A DNA stretch of 34,066 nucleotides from Egibacteraceae bacterium (GTDB lineage: Bacteria > Actinomycetota > Nitriliruptoria > Euzebyales > Egibacteraceae): NCBI GenBank assembly GCA_035550935.1, contig DASZOD010000311.1:1-34066 (forward strand), given 5' to 3'. The notes below the pieces were generated by a model. That model made no database searches, was not told the DNA's origin, and saw only the letters and a list, made by a program, of their open reading frames with translations. The position numbers and the translations under genes were made by a program. Positions within the stretch are counted from its first letter, which is position 1; each line of letters begins with the position of its first letter. This document shows positions 11,473 to 20,272 of the stretch, one piece after another.

Positions 11473-12939
11473 ATGCCGCCGCTGACCGCCGGAGCGCTGG
11501 TGTTCTTCACCTCCGCGGCCGTGCTCGTCCTGGAGATCCTGGCGGGGCGCCTGCTGGCGCCCTACGTCGGTGTGACCCTGGAGACCTACACCGGGATCAT
11601 CGGGGTGGTGCTGGCCGGCATCTCCCTGGGGACCTGGCTGGGCGGGCGGCTGGCCGACCGCGTCGACCCGCGGCGCACCCTGGGGCCGATGCTGTTGCTG
11701 GGCGGCGCGCTGGCGCTGTGCGCCGTCCCCGCGATCCGCCTGTTCGGCTCGCTGTCGCTGGGCGCCGGGCCGGTGGCCATCGTCGGCTTGGCGGCGGTCG
11801 GCTTCTTCGCCCCGGCGGCGGTGCTCAGCGCCGTCAGCCCCACCGTGGTGAAGCTGCAGCTGGGCGACCTGCGCGAGACCGGCACGGTGGTGGGCCGGCT
11901 GTCGGCGCTGGGCACGGCCGGCGCCATCGTGGGGACCTTCGCCACCGGCTTCGTGCTGATCGCCGCCCTGCCGACCACCCCGATCGTCGTCGCGCTCGGC
12001 GCACTGTTGTCAGCCGCCGGGCTGGCCCTGTGGGCCTGGCTGCGTCCCCGGGGCCAGCGCTTCCCCGGCGGCGTGCTGAGCCTCGCGCTGGCCGCAGGCG
12101 TCGCCACGGTGCTGGTGGGCAGCCCCTGCCAGTACGAGAGCGCGTACTTCTGCGCGCGGGTCATCGCCGACGACGCCGCCGGCGGGCGGGTGCTGTACCT
12201 GGACACGCTGCGCCACAGCTACGTCGACCTGTTCGACCCCACGCACCTGGAGTTCAGCTACGCCCAGATCGTCGGCGACGTGCTGGAGACCTTCCGGCCG
12301 CCGGGCGAGGCGATCAGCGCCCTGCACATCGGCGGGGGCGGCTTCACGCTGCCGCGCTACCTGGCCGCGACCCGTCCCGGCTCCGACAGCCTGGTGCTGG
12401 AGTTGGACCCCACGATCGTGCAGATCGCCCGCAGCCAGCTGGGGCTGCGCACCGGCCCGGCGCTGCGGGTGCGGGTCGGGGATGCGCGCCTGGCGCTGGC
12501 CGACCAGCCGGCCGGCCGCTACGACCTGGTGGTCGGCGACGCCTTCGGCGGCCTGGCCGTGCCCTGGCACCTGACCACGCGCGAGTTCGTCGGCCAGATC
12601 CGTCGCACGCTGCGGCCCGACGGCATCTACGTCGTCAACCTCATCGACTACCCGCCCCTGGGCTTCGCCCGCGCCCAGGCCGCGACGCTGCAGGCCGTGT
12701 TCGACCACGTCGCGCTCGTCGCGCCGCCGGCGCGGGTGGCCGGCGCCGAGGGGGGCAACGTCGTGCTGGCCGCCTCGGACGCGCCGCTGCCACTGCGAGC
12801 CATCCAGGCGCGCAACGCCGGACGCGGCGACGACGACGTGGTGGTCTCCGGCGCGCGCCTGGACGCCTTCGTCGGCGACGCCCCGATCCTGACCGACGAC
12901 TACGCTCCGGTCGACCAGCTCCTCACCCCGGCGACGTGA
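11473..12939 (+). CDS. fused polytopic-membrane / spermidine-synthase-like (class I SAM-MTase fold) protein
   Basis: The ATG at 11473 opens 'MPPLTAGALVFFTSAAVLVLEILAGRLLAPYVGVT...' (about 7 TM helices). The C-terminal half has aminopropyltransferase-like blocks: 'LHIGGGGFTLPRYL', 'VLELDPTIVQIAR', 'VRVGDARLAL', 'YDLVVGDAFGGLAVPWHLTTREF', 'LRPDGIYVVN'. The upstream part of track ORF 11107..12939 is antisense to the binding-protein gene. Confidence 0.8.
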   Translation: MPPLTAGALVFFTSAAVLVLEILAGRLLAPYVGVTLETYTGIIGVVLAGISLGTWLGGRLADRVDPRRTLGPMLLLGGALALCAVPAIRLFGSLSLGAGPVAIVGLAAVGFFAPAAVLSAVSPTVVKLQLGDLRETGTVVGRLSALGTAGAIVGTFATGFVLIAALPTTPIVVALGALLSAAGLALWAWLRPRGQRFPGGVLSLALAAGVATVLVGSPCQYESAYFCARVIADDAAGGRVLYLDTLRHSYVDLFDPTHLEFSYAQIVGDVLETFRPPGEAISALHIGGGGFTLPRYLAATRPGSDSLVLELDPTIVQIARSQLGLRTGPALRVRVGDARLALADQPAGRYDLVVGDAFGGLAVPWHLTTREFVGQIRRTLRPDGIYVVNLIDYPPLGFARAQAATLQAVFDHVALVAPPARVAGAEGGNVVLAASDAPLPLRAIQARNAGRGDDDVVVSGARLDAFVGDAPILTDDYAPVDQLLTPAT

Positions 12940-12975
12940 TACGGCGCCTGCGCGGCTGGCCCGCTGCGCGGCGGG

Positions 12976-13713
12976 TCACACGCGGCCGAAGCGGCGGGCG
13001 CGGCGTTGGTACTCGGCGACGGCGGCGAACAGGTGGCCGCGGTTGAAGTCTGGCCACAGGACCTCGTTGAACACCAGCTCGGCGTAGGCCGCCTCCCACA
13101 GCAGGAAGTTCGACAACCGCTGCTCCCCGGAGGTGCGCACCAGCAGATCGACGTCGGGAGCGTCGGGCTCGTACAGGCGGGCCTGGATCGACTGCTCGCC
13201 GATGCCGTCTGGGTGCAGCCGCCCGGCGGCGGCGTCCCGGGCGGCGCGCCGGGCGGCGTCGACGATCTCGGTCCGCCCGCCGTAGTTGAACGCCACCTGC
13301 AGGGTCATGCGGCGGTGGCCCGCGGTGCGGGCTTCGGTCTCGCGCATCATGTCGACCAGCCGACCGGGCACCGGCCGGCCCCGCCGGCCGATGAAGCGCA
13401 CCCGCACCCGCCGCTCGTCGAGCTCGTCGACGCGCCGCAGCAGCAGGTCGCGGTTGAAGTTCATCAGGAAGCGCACCTCCGACGGGGGCCGCCTCCAGTT
13501 CTCGGTGGAGAAGGCGAACACCGTCAGGTACTTCAGGCCGATCTCCAGCGCGCCCTCGACGCTGTCGAACAGCGCCGCCTCCCCCGCCTCGTGGCCGGCG
13601 TTGCGCGGCAGGCCGCGTTCGCGCGCCCAGCGTCCGTTGCCGTCCATGATGACGCCGACATGGTTGGGCAGGCGCGACCGGTCGATGTCCTGGGCTGTGC
13701 TCATCGGCTCCAT
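12976..13713 (-). CDS. uppS: isoprenyl transferase (undecaprenyl-diphosphate synthase family)
   Basis: The internal ATG at 13713 lies 11 nt after the recO stop. Motifs: 'HVGVIMDGNGRWARERGLPRNAGHEAG', 'LTVFAFSTENWRRPPSEV', 'LVRTSGEQRLSNFLLWEAAYAELVF', 'LWPDF'. Confidence 0.9.
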   Translation of the reverse strand: MEPMSTAQDIDRSRLPNHVGVIMDGNGRWARERGLPRNAGHEAGEAALFDSVEGALEIGLKYLTVFAFSTENWRRPPSEVRFLMNFNRDLLLRRVDELDERRVRVRFIGRRGRPVPGRLVDMMRETEARTAGHRRMTLQVAFNYGGRTEIVDAARRAARDAAAGRLHPDGIGEQSIQARLYEPDAPDVDLLVRTSGEQRLSNFLLWEAAYAELVFNEVLWPDFNRGHLFAAVAEYQRRARRFGRV

Positions 13714-13724
13714 GACGGGCCCGT

Positions 13725-14447
13725 TCAGCGCGGGACGAGGTCCCAGGAGCGCAGCGGCTTGCCCAGGTGGTAGGTCAGGAAGCTGTTGAGCAGCGCCCCG
13801 GCGGCGCGCCGGACCCGCGGGTGGACCGGCGGCAGCGCCTGCCAATCGGCACGGGCCAGCGCCGCCAGCCAGGTCACGGTGGCGGGGTCCAGCCCCTGGG
13901 CGTCCGACGGCGCGCACGACGGGCACAGCAACCCTCCGGCGGCGATGTGGAACACCCGGTGGGGGCCGGGGGCCCCGCAGTGCGCGCACGCCTCCAGGTA
14001 GGGGTGGTAGCCGGCCACCGAGGCCAGCCGGATCAGCCAGGCGTCCAGCAGCGTGCCGGGCTGGTCGGGCGCCTGCCGCAGCGCCCGCAGCCCGTCGAGC
14101 AGCAGGATGAACAGACGCGTGCAGCGCTCCCGTTCCTGGGCGACCCGGTCGGCGGCCTCGGCCATCGCCGAGCCGCAGACGCTCAGCGCCCAGTCGCCGC
14201 GGACCTCCGCGAAGGAGGCGATCAGCTCAGCCTGGGTGACGACGTCGAGGCTGCGCCCCTCGTACAGCTGGACGTCGACGTGGCTGAAGGGTTCCAGCCG
14301 GCCGCCGAAGCGCGAGCCGGGACGGCGCACGCCCTTGGCGACGGCACGGACCTTGCCCCGCCCCTGCGTGAGCAGGTGGACGATGCGGTCGGCTTCGCCG
14401 AGCTTGTAGGTACGCAGGACGGTGCCCTGCTCACGGTACAGCGCCAT
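13725..14447 (-). CDS. recO: DNA repair protein RecO
   Basis: 'MALYREQGTVLRTYKLGEADRIVHLLTQGRGKVRAVAKGVRRPGSRFGGRLEPFSHVDVQLYEGRSLDVVTQAE'. Zn-finger 'CAHCG...CPSC'. It sits in the conserved era-recO-uppS order. Confidence 0.9.
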   Translation of the reverse strand: MALYREQGTVLRTYKLGEADRIVHLLTQGRGKVRAVAKGVRRPGSRFGGRLEPFSHVDVQLYEGRSLDVVTQAELIASFAEVRGDWALSVCGSAMAEAADRVAQERERCTRLFILLLDGLRALRQAPDQPGTLLDAWLIRLASVAGYHPYLEACAHCGAPGPHRVFHIAAGGLLCPSCAPSDAQGLDPATVTWLAALARADWQALPPVHPRVRRAAGALLNSFLTYHLGKPLRSWDLVPR

Positions 14448-14546
14448 GGGGGCCGTCAGCGTAGACCCCCGCCAGCCCGTCGACGCGCAGCGGCCCCCCC
14501 GAGGCTCTCGCCTGCGGGCGCTGCGCGCCCTCCGGTCCTCAGCTGC

Positions 14547-15425
14547 TCAGTAGCCCAGGCGCTGCAGTGCCTTGGGGTCGCGCTGCCACTCACGCATGAG
14601 CTTGACCCGCAGGTCCAGGTAGACCTTCGCGCCGAGGATGAGCTCGAGCTCCTCGCGCGCCCGGGTGCCGATGGAGCGCAGCACCGACGCGCCCTTGCCG
14701 ATGACGATGCCCTTCTGCGACTCCCGCTCGACGTACACGGTCGCCGAGACCACCTCCGTGTGCGGGGACTCGCCCGGTCCCAGCTCCTCGACCACCACGG
14801 CGATGGAGTGGGGCACCTCCTCGCGCATGAGCGTGATGGCCTTCTCGCGGATGGTCTCCGCCACCAGCTGCTCACGGGGCTGGTCGGTGACCTGGCCCGC
14901 GGGGAAGTACGGTGGCCCTCCGGGCATGCGCTGGACGACGAGGTCAGCCAGGGTGGCGACGTTCGCGCCGGTGACGGCCGACACCGGCACCACCTCCTCC
15001 CAGTCGCCCAGCTGGTCAAGGCGCGCCAGCTGGGGCAGCTCGGCGTCACGGCCGACGCGGTCGGCCTTGCCCAGCACGGCGATCGCCGGGGTGGAGACCT
15101 CGGCCAGCAGCCGGGCGATGAACTCGTCGCCGCGGCCGATCCGCTGCGAGCCGTCGACCATGAACACGATCGTGTCCACCCCCGACAGGGTGCCGCGGGC
15201 GACCTCGTTGAGCCGGCTGCCCAGCAAGGTCTTGGGCTTGTGCAGCCCGGGGGTGTCGACGAACACCACCTGGGCCTCGTCGCGGTGCAGCACCCCGCGG
15301 ATGGCATGGCGGGTGGTCTGCGGCACCGGGGTGGTGATCGCCACCTTCTGGCCCACCAGCGCGTTGAGCAGCGTGGACTTGCCGACGTTGGGTCGGCCCA
15401 CGATCGAGCAGAACCCCGAGCGCAC
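14547..15425 (-). CDS. era: GTPase Era
   Basis: 292 aa, GTG start. G1 'GRPNVGKSTLLN', G3 'DTPG', and a C-terminal KH domain ('VYVERESQKGIVIGKGASVLRSIGTRAREELE'). The G4 motif reads 'GKAD' rather than N/TKxD. Confidence 0.95.
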   Translation of the reverse strand: MRSGFCSIVGRPNVGKSTLLNALVGQKVAITTPVPQTTRHAIRGVLHRDEAQVVFVDTPGLHKPKTLLGSRLNEVARGTLSGVDTIVFMVDGSQRIGRGDEFIARLLAEVSTPAIAVLGKADRVGRDAELPQLARLDQLGDWEEVVPVSAVTGANVATLADLVVQRMPGGPPYFPAGQVTDQPREQLVAETIREKAITLMREEVPHSIAVVVEELGPGESPHTEVVSATVYVERESQKGIVIGKGASVLRSIGTRAREELELILGAKVYLDLRVKLMREWQRDPKALQRLGY

Positions 15426-15578
15426 CCCGCCAGCGTAGGCGACGCGCTGCCCCGCCGGTGCCGCCCGGCGACCGACAGGCCGGCAGACGGCGCGACCCGG
15501 TCCGCCGCTTGAAGCGTTCGCGACGGATGTGTCGTCAAAGATTCAACGGATGCCCGACGGATGACAAGGAGCGGCCCC

Positions 15579-16001
15579 ATGAGCTCGCAGCAGGCGGATC
15601 CCGAACTGGTGGGCCACAGCCGGTTCATGCAGGTGTTGGGCGTCCACTTCGAGGAGATCGCCGCGGAGCGGGTGCTCGGCTGGTTCGACAGCGGGCCCCA
15701 GCACCACCAGCCGTTCGGCCTGGTCCACGGCGGGGTGTTCAGCGCGGTGATCGAGACGTTCGCGTCCGTCGGCGGCTACCAGGCGGTCAAGGACGACGGC
15801 CGGCTGGCGGTGGGGGTGACCAACGTCACCGACTTCCTGCGCCCGCACCGCCAGGGACGGCTGCGGGTCGTCGCGGAGGCGCTCCTGCAGGGCCGCACCC
15901 AGCAGCTGTGGCAGGTGGTGATCACCCGGGTCGAGGACGGCAAGACCGTGGCCCGCGGGCAGGTCCGGATGCAGAACGTCAGCACGCCCGGAGAGCGGTA
16001 A
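15579..16001 (+). CDS. PaaI/4HBT-family hotdog-fold thioesterase
   Basis: 'HHQPFGLVHGGVFSAVIETFASVGG...VGVTNVTDFLRPHRQGRLRVVAEALLQGRTQQLWQVVI' matches the PaaI-type hotdog fold. I prefer the ATG at 15579 (AAGGAG with a 7-nt spacer) over the track start at 15561. Confidence 0.75.
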   Translation: MSSQQADPELVGHSRFMQVLGVHFEEIAAERVLGWFDSGPQHHQPFGLVHGGVFSAVIETFASVGGYQAVKDDGRLAVGVTNVTDFLRPHRQGRLRVVAEALLQGRTQQLWQVVITRVEDGKTVARGQVRMQNVSTPGER

Positions 16002-16049
16002 CGTCCCGGTGGGGCCTCGGCGGTCGGGCTTTCCGCCCCTGGATTCCTG

Positions 16050-16055
16050 TACAAT
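16050..16055 (+). promoter_or_regulatory. candidate -10 hexamer (TACAAT) giving a leaderless vapBC transcript
   Basis: A TACAAT in an otherwise GC-rich stretch ends 7 nt before the A of the vapB ATG (16063), and there is no Shine-Dalgarno sequence in between. That geometry is typical of actinobacterial leaderless mRNAs. Confidence 0.35.
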
Positions 16056-16062
16056 AGCGGGC

Positions 16063-16353
16063 ATGGTCACCGTACACCAAGTGCCGCCAGTTGAGGTCGG
16101 CGTCGCGGATTTTCGCCGGCGGCTGAAACATTGGCTGGACCTGGCCAGGGACGGTCAGGAGGTCGTCGTAACAGACCGAGGCCTGCCTGTGGCCCGGGTG
16201 ATCGGCGCCACCGCGCTCCCCACCCTCGAGCGACTGACCCGAGCGGGTGTCGTCAGCGCCTCCAGCACCCCGTCGCGGCCGCGCGCGAGTGGGGCCCGGA
16301 GGGTGCGCTCGCATGGCTCGGTCTCGGAGCTGGTGTCGCAGCAGCGGGAGTGA
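16063..16353 (+). CDS. vapB: type II antitoxin, Phd/YefM-like (VapB partner of the downstream PIN toxin)
   Basis: 96 aa from the internal ATG at 16063: 'MVTVHQVPPVEVGVADFRRRLKHWLDLARDGQEVVVTDRGLPVARV'. This is the prevent-host-death N-terminal fold, with a C-terminal 'GSVSELVSQQRE' tail typical of VapB. It ends 9 nt before vapC. Confidence 0.75.
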   Translation: MVTVHQVPPVEVGVADFRRRLKHWLDLARDGQEVVVTDRGLPVARVIGATALPTLERLTRAGVVSASSTPSRPRASGARRVRSHGSVSELVSQQRE

Positions 16354-16362
16354 TCCCCGCGG

Positions 16363-16788
16363 ATGGGGATCGCCTACTTCGATACCAGCGCGCTGGTGAA
16401 GCTGGTAGTCGACGAGGACGGCAGCGACCTGGCCGCGCAGCTGTGGGATGGCGCCGACGCCGTCACGTCCAGCCGGCTGGCGTACGCCGAGGGACGTGCC
16501 GCGCTCGCGGGCGCCGCTCGCCGCGGGCGCCTGAGCGCTGCGGGATTCGCTTCGGCGAAACGGTCCTGGGAGCAGTTCTGGGCAGGGGTGCGACCCGTCG
16601 AAGCGCTCCCTGCGATCGTCCGGGCCGCCGGTGACCTGGCCGAACGCTACGCGCTACGCGCCTATGACGCCGTCCACCTGGCCAGCGCGCTTGCGCTCGA
16701 CGACCGCAGCGTGGTCGTCGCGACCTGGGACCTGCGGCTGCGCGCCGGCGTGCGGCACGCCAACCTGCGTCTGGCTCCCGCCCCGTGA
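16363..16788 (+). CDS. vapC: type II toxin VapC (PIN-domain ribonuclease)
   Basis: 141 aa. 'MGIAYFDTSALVKLVVDE' carries the first acidic residue, followed by 'AYDAVHLASALAL' and 'VVATWDLRL'. The PIN acidic tetrad pattern is present. Confidence 0.85.
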   Translation: MGIAYFDTSALVKLVVDEDGSDLAAQLWDGADAVTSSRLAYAEGRAALAGAARRGRLSAAGFASAKRSWEQFWAGVRPVEALPAIVRAAGDLAERYALRAYDAVHLASALALDDRSVVVATWDLRLRAGVRHANLRLAPAP

Positions 16789-16873
16789 CGTGACCTCGCG
16801 CGGATCACCGCGGACGGGTGTCCACACGCCGGGCCCGGTCTTGGCGTCAGCCCCAGCGTAGGACGCAGGCAGA

Positions 16874-17317
16874 TCAGCCCGGCGGCGGCGGCGCGCCTGG
16901 GCGGCCGGGCAGCCGGCTCGCGTCGAAGGCGTCGGGCAGCAGGTCGCGGCCCAGCACGTAGCGGCCCAGGGCGCCGTCGGCGCCGGCGGCGACCACCGGC
17001 AGGTCAGGGGCGAACTCGACCAGGGCCTGGCGGCAGACGCCGCAGGGCGGGCAAGGCCCCGGGCCGTCGGCCACCAGCACCAGGGCGGCGAACTCTCGCG
17101 CCCCGGCGGCGACGGCGGCGCCCAGCGCGGCCCGCTCGGCGCACAGCCCGGCGGGATAGGCAGCGCTCTCGACGTTGGCGCCGGAAAAGATCCGCCCGTC
17201 GGCGGTCTGCAGCGCGCAGCCAACGCGCAACCTCGAGTAGGGCGCGTAGGCGGCGGCCTGGGCTCGGCGGGCCTGGGCCAGCAGCGCGGCCTCGTGGACC
17301 CGCGGCCCTGCGCTCAT
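16874..17317 (-). CDS. cdd: cytidine deaminase
   Basis: From the internal ATG at 17317 (an ATGA overlap with the stop of the upstream transporter gene). 'APYSRLRVGCALQTADGRIFSGANVESAAYPAGLCAERAAL' contains the CAE zinc motif, and 'PCGVCRQ' is the PCxxC motif. Confidence 0.85.
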   Translation of the reverse strand: MSAGPRVHEAALLAQARRAQAAAYAPYSRLRVGCALQTADGRIFSGANVESAAYPAGLCAERAALGAAVAAGAREFAALVLVADGPGPCPPCGVCRQALVEFAPDLPVVAAGADGALGRYVLGRDLLPDAFDASRLPGRPGAPPPPG

Positions 17318-18603
17318 GCGTCGGGCTGGTCGCCGGCCGCGGTGTCGGCGTCGTCGGGCTCGCGTTCGACGACCACCTCGGCGATGCGGCGGCCGTTGAC
17401 CCGCTGAGCGGTCAGGCGCAGGCCCTCGACCTCGACCTGCTCGCCCTCCTCGGCGACGTGGCCGAGCATGCCGAACAGCAGGCCCCCGACCGTGTCCCAC
17501 TCCTCGTCGGGCAGCTGGCAGTCGACGATGCGGCACAGCTCGTCGATCGGCATGCGCGCATCGACCTTCCAGGCGCGCTCGTCGACCTGCTCGATCAGGG
17601 GTTCCTCGCGGTCGTACTCGTCGACGATCTCGCCCACGATCTCCTCGAGGATGTCCTCGATGGTCACAAGCCCGGCGGTGGCGCCGTACTCGTCGACCAC
17701 GATGGCCAGGTGCACCCGCTGGCTCTGCAGCTCGCGCAGCAGGCCGTCGACGGTCTTCAGCTCAGGGACGAAGTAGGCAGGGCGCAGCAGGTCCTCCCAG
17801 GGCCCGTCCTCGTCGCCGTCGCTGTGCAGCCGCCCCAGGACGTCCTTGGCGTACACCAGCCCGACGATCTTGTCGCGGTCGTCGCGGTAGACGGGGATGC
17901 GCGAGTGGCCCTCCCGCAGCATGACGTCGACGACGTCGCCCAGCGTGTCGTCGACCGACACCATGACCATGTCCGGGCGCGGCACCATGATCTCGCGCAC
18001 CACCGTGTCGCCGAGTTCGAAGATGGAGTGGATCATGAGGCGCTCGGATTCCTCGATGACCTCGTCCTCCTCGGCGACATCGATCATCTCCCGCAGCTGG
18101 TCCTCGGTGACGAACGGACCGCTGGCCAGGCCCTTGCCTGGTGCGATGACGTTGCCGACGCCGATCAGCAGCGACGCCAGCGGCGATAGCGGTCGGGCCA
18201 GCAGCGCGATCCAGGGGGCGCTGCGACAGGCCACCTGGTCGGTGCGCTGCAGCGCCAGGGTCTTGGGCGCGACCTGCGCGCCGACGAACAGGAAGGCCGA
18301 CGCGGTCAGCGCCGACAGCGCGACCGCCGGCCCGCGCGCCAGGTGGTCGTCCACCACCACGGTCAGCAGCGCCACGCCCGTGACCTGGGCGGCGAGGACG
18401 AGCAGGGCGAGGATGTTCAGGGTGCGCGCGGGGTCCTTCATGAGCCGCACCAGCGCGCCGGAGCCGGGGCGTCCTTCGTCCTGCAGGCGCAGCGCTCTGG
18501 GCAGGGTCATGCGCGCCAGCGCGGTATCGGCGGCCCCGAAGAAGGCCGTGAGCAGTCCCAACAGGCCGGCCGCCGCCAGGGCGTAGCCGTCGGCGGCGCT
18601 CAT
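17314..18603 (-). CDS. CNNM(DUF21)-CBS-CorC_HlyC family transporter (hemolysin-like)
   Basis: 429 aa. N-terminal TM domain, a CBS pair ('VREIMVPRPDMVMVSVDDTLGDVVDVMLREGHSRIPVYRDDRDKIVGLVYAKDVL', 'VHLAIVVDEYGATAGLVTIEDILEEIVGEI'), and a C-terminal CorC/HlyC domain. Confidence 0.9.
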   Translation of the reverse strand: MSAADGYALAAAGLLGLLTAFFGAADTALARMTLPRALRLQDEGRPGSGALVRLMKDPARTLNILALLVLAAQVTGVALLTVVVDDHLARGPAVALSALTASAFLFVGAQVAPKTLALQRTDQVACRSAPWIALLARPLSPLASLLIGVGNVIAPGKGLASGPFVTEDQLREMIDVAEEDEVIEESERLMIHSIFELGDTVVREIMVPRPDMVMVSVDDTLGDVVDVMLREGHSRIPVYRDDRDKIVGLVYAKDVLGRLHSDGDEDGPWEDLLRPAYFVPELKTVDGLLRELQSQRVHLAIVVDEYGATAGLVTIEDILEEIVGEIVDEYDREEPLIEQVDERAWKVDARMPIDELCRIVDCQLPDEEWDTVGGLLFGMLGHVAEEGEQVEVEGLRLTAQRVNGRRIAEVVVEREPDDADTAAGDQPDA

Positions 18604-19052
18604 GGCGGGCTCTCCCCGGCACGGAACCCGGTCAGCAGCCGGTCGGTGAGCGCGACCATCTCCCGGCGCTCGTCGGCGTCGTCGTGGTCGTGGCCGAGCA
18701 GGTGCAGGATGCCGTGCACCAGCAGCAGGTCGAGCTCGGCGGTCAGGGAGGTACCGTGCTCACGGGCCTGGCGGGCGGCGACCTCGGGGCACAAGACGAC
18801 GTCGCCGAGGAGGGAGGGTTCGCCCGCCAGACTCTCGCCGGGCAGATCGATAGGGAAGGCCAGCACGTCGGTGGGTCCCTGCGCGCCCATGTGGTGGCCG
18901 TTGAGCGCAGCGATCGAGTCGGCGTCGAGGCACAGGATCGACAGCTCCATGGCAGCGGGAACCCGCCGGTCGGCCAGCACGTGGGCGGCGAGCCGGTTGA
19001 GCCGCTCGACGTCGACCGGGGTGGCCTGCTCGTCAGCGACGAAGATGGCCAT
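18600..19052 (-). CDS. ybeY: rRNA maturation endoribonuclease YbeY
   Basis: 150 aa. Zn motif 'HGILHLLGHDH'. ATGA overlap with the downstream transporter gene. It sits in the conserved phoH-ybeY order. Confidence 0.9.
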   Translation of the reverse strand: MAIFVADEQATPVDVERLNRLAAHVLADRRVPAAMELSILCLDADSIAALNGHHMGAQGPTDVLAFPIDLPGESLAGEPSLLGDVVLCPEVAARQAREHGTSLTAELDLLLVHGILHLLGHDHDDADERREMVALTDRLLTGFRAGESPP

Positions 19053-19101
19053 CGGCAGGCCCCGTCTCGGGTCTTCGGACGTCGTGCACGCGGTGCGTGG
19101 G

Positions 19102-20175
19102 CTAGGCGGAGGGCGCCGCGGGCGCCGCCGGGGGGCTGTGGCGAGCCTCGTCGAACATCCGGTACGCCTCGACGATCTCCTGGACGATGCGGTGACGGAC
19201 GACGTCGCGGCCGGTCAGTTCGCAGAAGGCCACCCCGTCGATGCCGGCGAGGATGTCACGCACGACCAGCACGCCGGAGCGGCGACCGCGGGGCAGGTCG
19301 ATCTGGGTGACGTCGCCGGTGACCACCGCCTTCGACCCGAAGCCCAGCCGGGTCAGGAACATCTTCATCTGCTCGGCGGTGGTGTTCTGCGCCTCGTCCA
19401 GGACGATGAAGCTGTCGTTGAGGGTCCGGCCGCGCATGTACGCCAGCGGCGCAACCTCGATCGTCCCCCGCTTCATGTGCAGCTCGATCTGCTCGACGTC
19501 CATCATGTCGTAGAGGGCGTCGAACAGGGGGCGCAGGTACGGGTCGATCTTCTCGTACAGGGTGCCCGGCAGGAAGCCCAGCCGCTCGCCGGCTTCGACC
19601 GCGGGGCGGGTGAGGATGATGCGGTTGACCTCTTTGTGGCGCAGGGCCTGCACCGCCATGGCCATCGCCAGGTAGGTCTTGCCGGTGCCGGCGGGTCCGA
19701 TGCCGAACACGACCGTATTGGCGCGGATGGCGTCCAGGTAGCGCTTCTGGCCGGCGGTCTTGGGGCGGATGGCGCGCCCGCGATGGCACAGGGCCTCGTC
19801 CGACAGCACCTCGGAGGGACTGGGATGCTCGGCTGCCTGCACCATGCCGATCGTCGCCCGGACGTTTCCCTCGTCGAGGCCGTGGCCGGCGTCGAGCAGT
19901 TTGATGAACTCCTCGAACAGGTGGACGACCTTGGCGGTCTCCGGGTCCGAGCCGGTGACGGTGATCTCGTTGCCGCGCACGAGGATGTCGACGTCGAAGG
20001 CGCTCTCGACGAGCTTGAGCAACTCGTCGCGGGTTCCCAGCAGGGCCACCATGGCGTGGTGGCCGGGTACGGAGGTCTTGACCTTCGTTGTGCTCGCCAA
20101 GCGGATGCTCTGGGGGTTGGAGGAGGCCGGGGTCGGTGGTGCCCGGCGACAGCGAGTGTACCGTCCGTGACCCAC
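19102..20175 (-). CDS. phoH: PhoH-like ATPase
   Basis: Walker A 'GPAGTGKTYLAMAMAV', 'IILTRPAVEAGERLGFLPG', 'IVLDEAQNTT', 'VVTGDVTQIDLP'. The start is uncertain: the track GTG is at 20175, and in-frame alternatives are a TTG at about 20100 and an ATG at about 20052. None has a clear SD. Confidence 0.85.
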   Translation of the reverse strand: MGHGRYTRCRRAPPTPASSNPQSIRLASTTKVKTSVPGHHAMVALLGTRDELLKLVESAFDVDILVRGNEITVTGSDPETAKVVHLFEEFIKLLDAGHGLDEGNVRATIGMVQAAEHPSPSEVLSDEALCHRGRAIRPKTAGQKRYLDAIRANTVVFGIGPAGTGKTYLAMAMAVQALRHKEVNRIILTRPAVEAGERLGFLPGTLYEKIDPYLRPLFDALYDMMDVEQIELHMKRGTIEVAPLAYMRGRTLNDSFIVLDEAQNTTAEQMKMFLTRLGFGSKAVVTGDVTQIDLPRGRRSGVLVVRDILAGIDGVAFCELTGRDVVRHRIVQEIVEAYRMFDEARHSPPAAPAAPSA

Positions 20176-20272
20176 CAGGGTACAGATCCGTCCCCAGGCG
20201 ACGACCAGGCTCGCCAGGAGACCCTGGTGGCGCTCCCGACCGACGGCAGGCTCACGAGCCCGGCGGGATCGG

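Noticed and set aside
12940-12975. Bidirectional terminator between the convergent spermidine-synthase-like gene and uppS
   Set aside because: The conspicuous element is a direct repeat (CTGCGCGGC x2), not an inverted one. The best stem I could draw is only about 4 bp.
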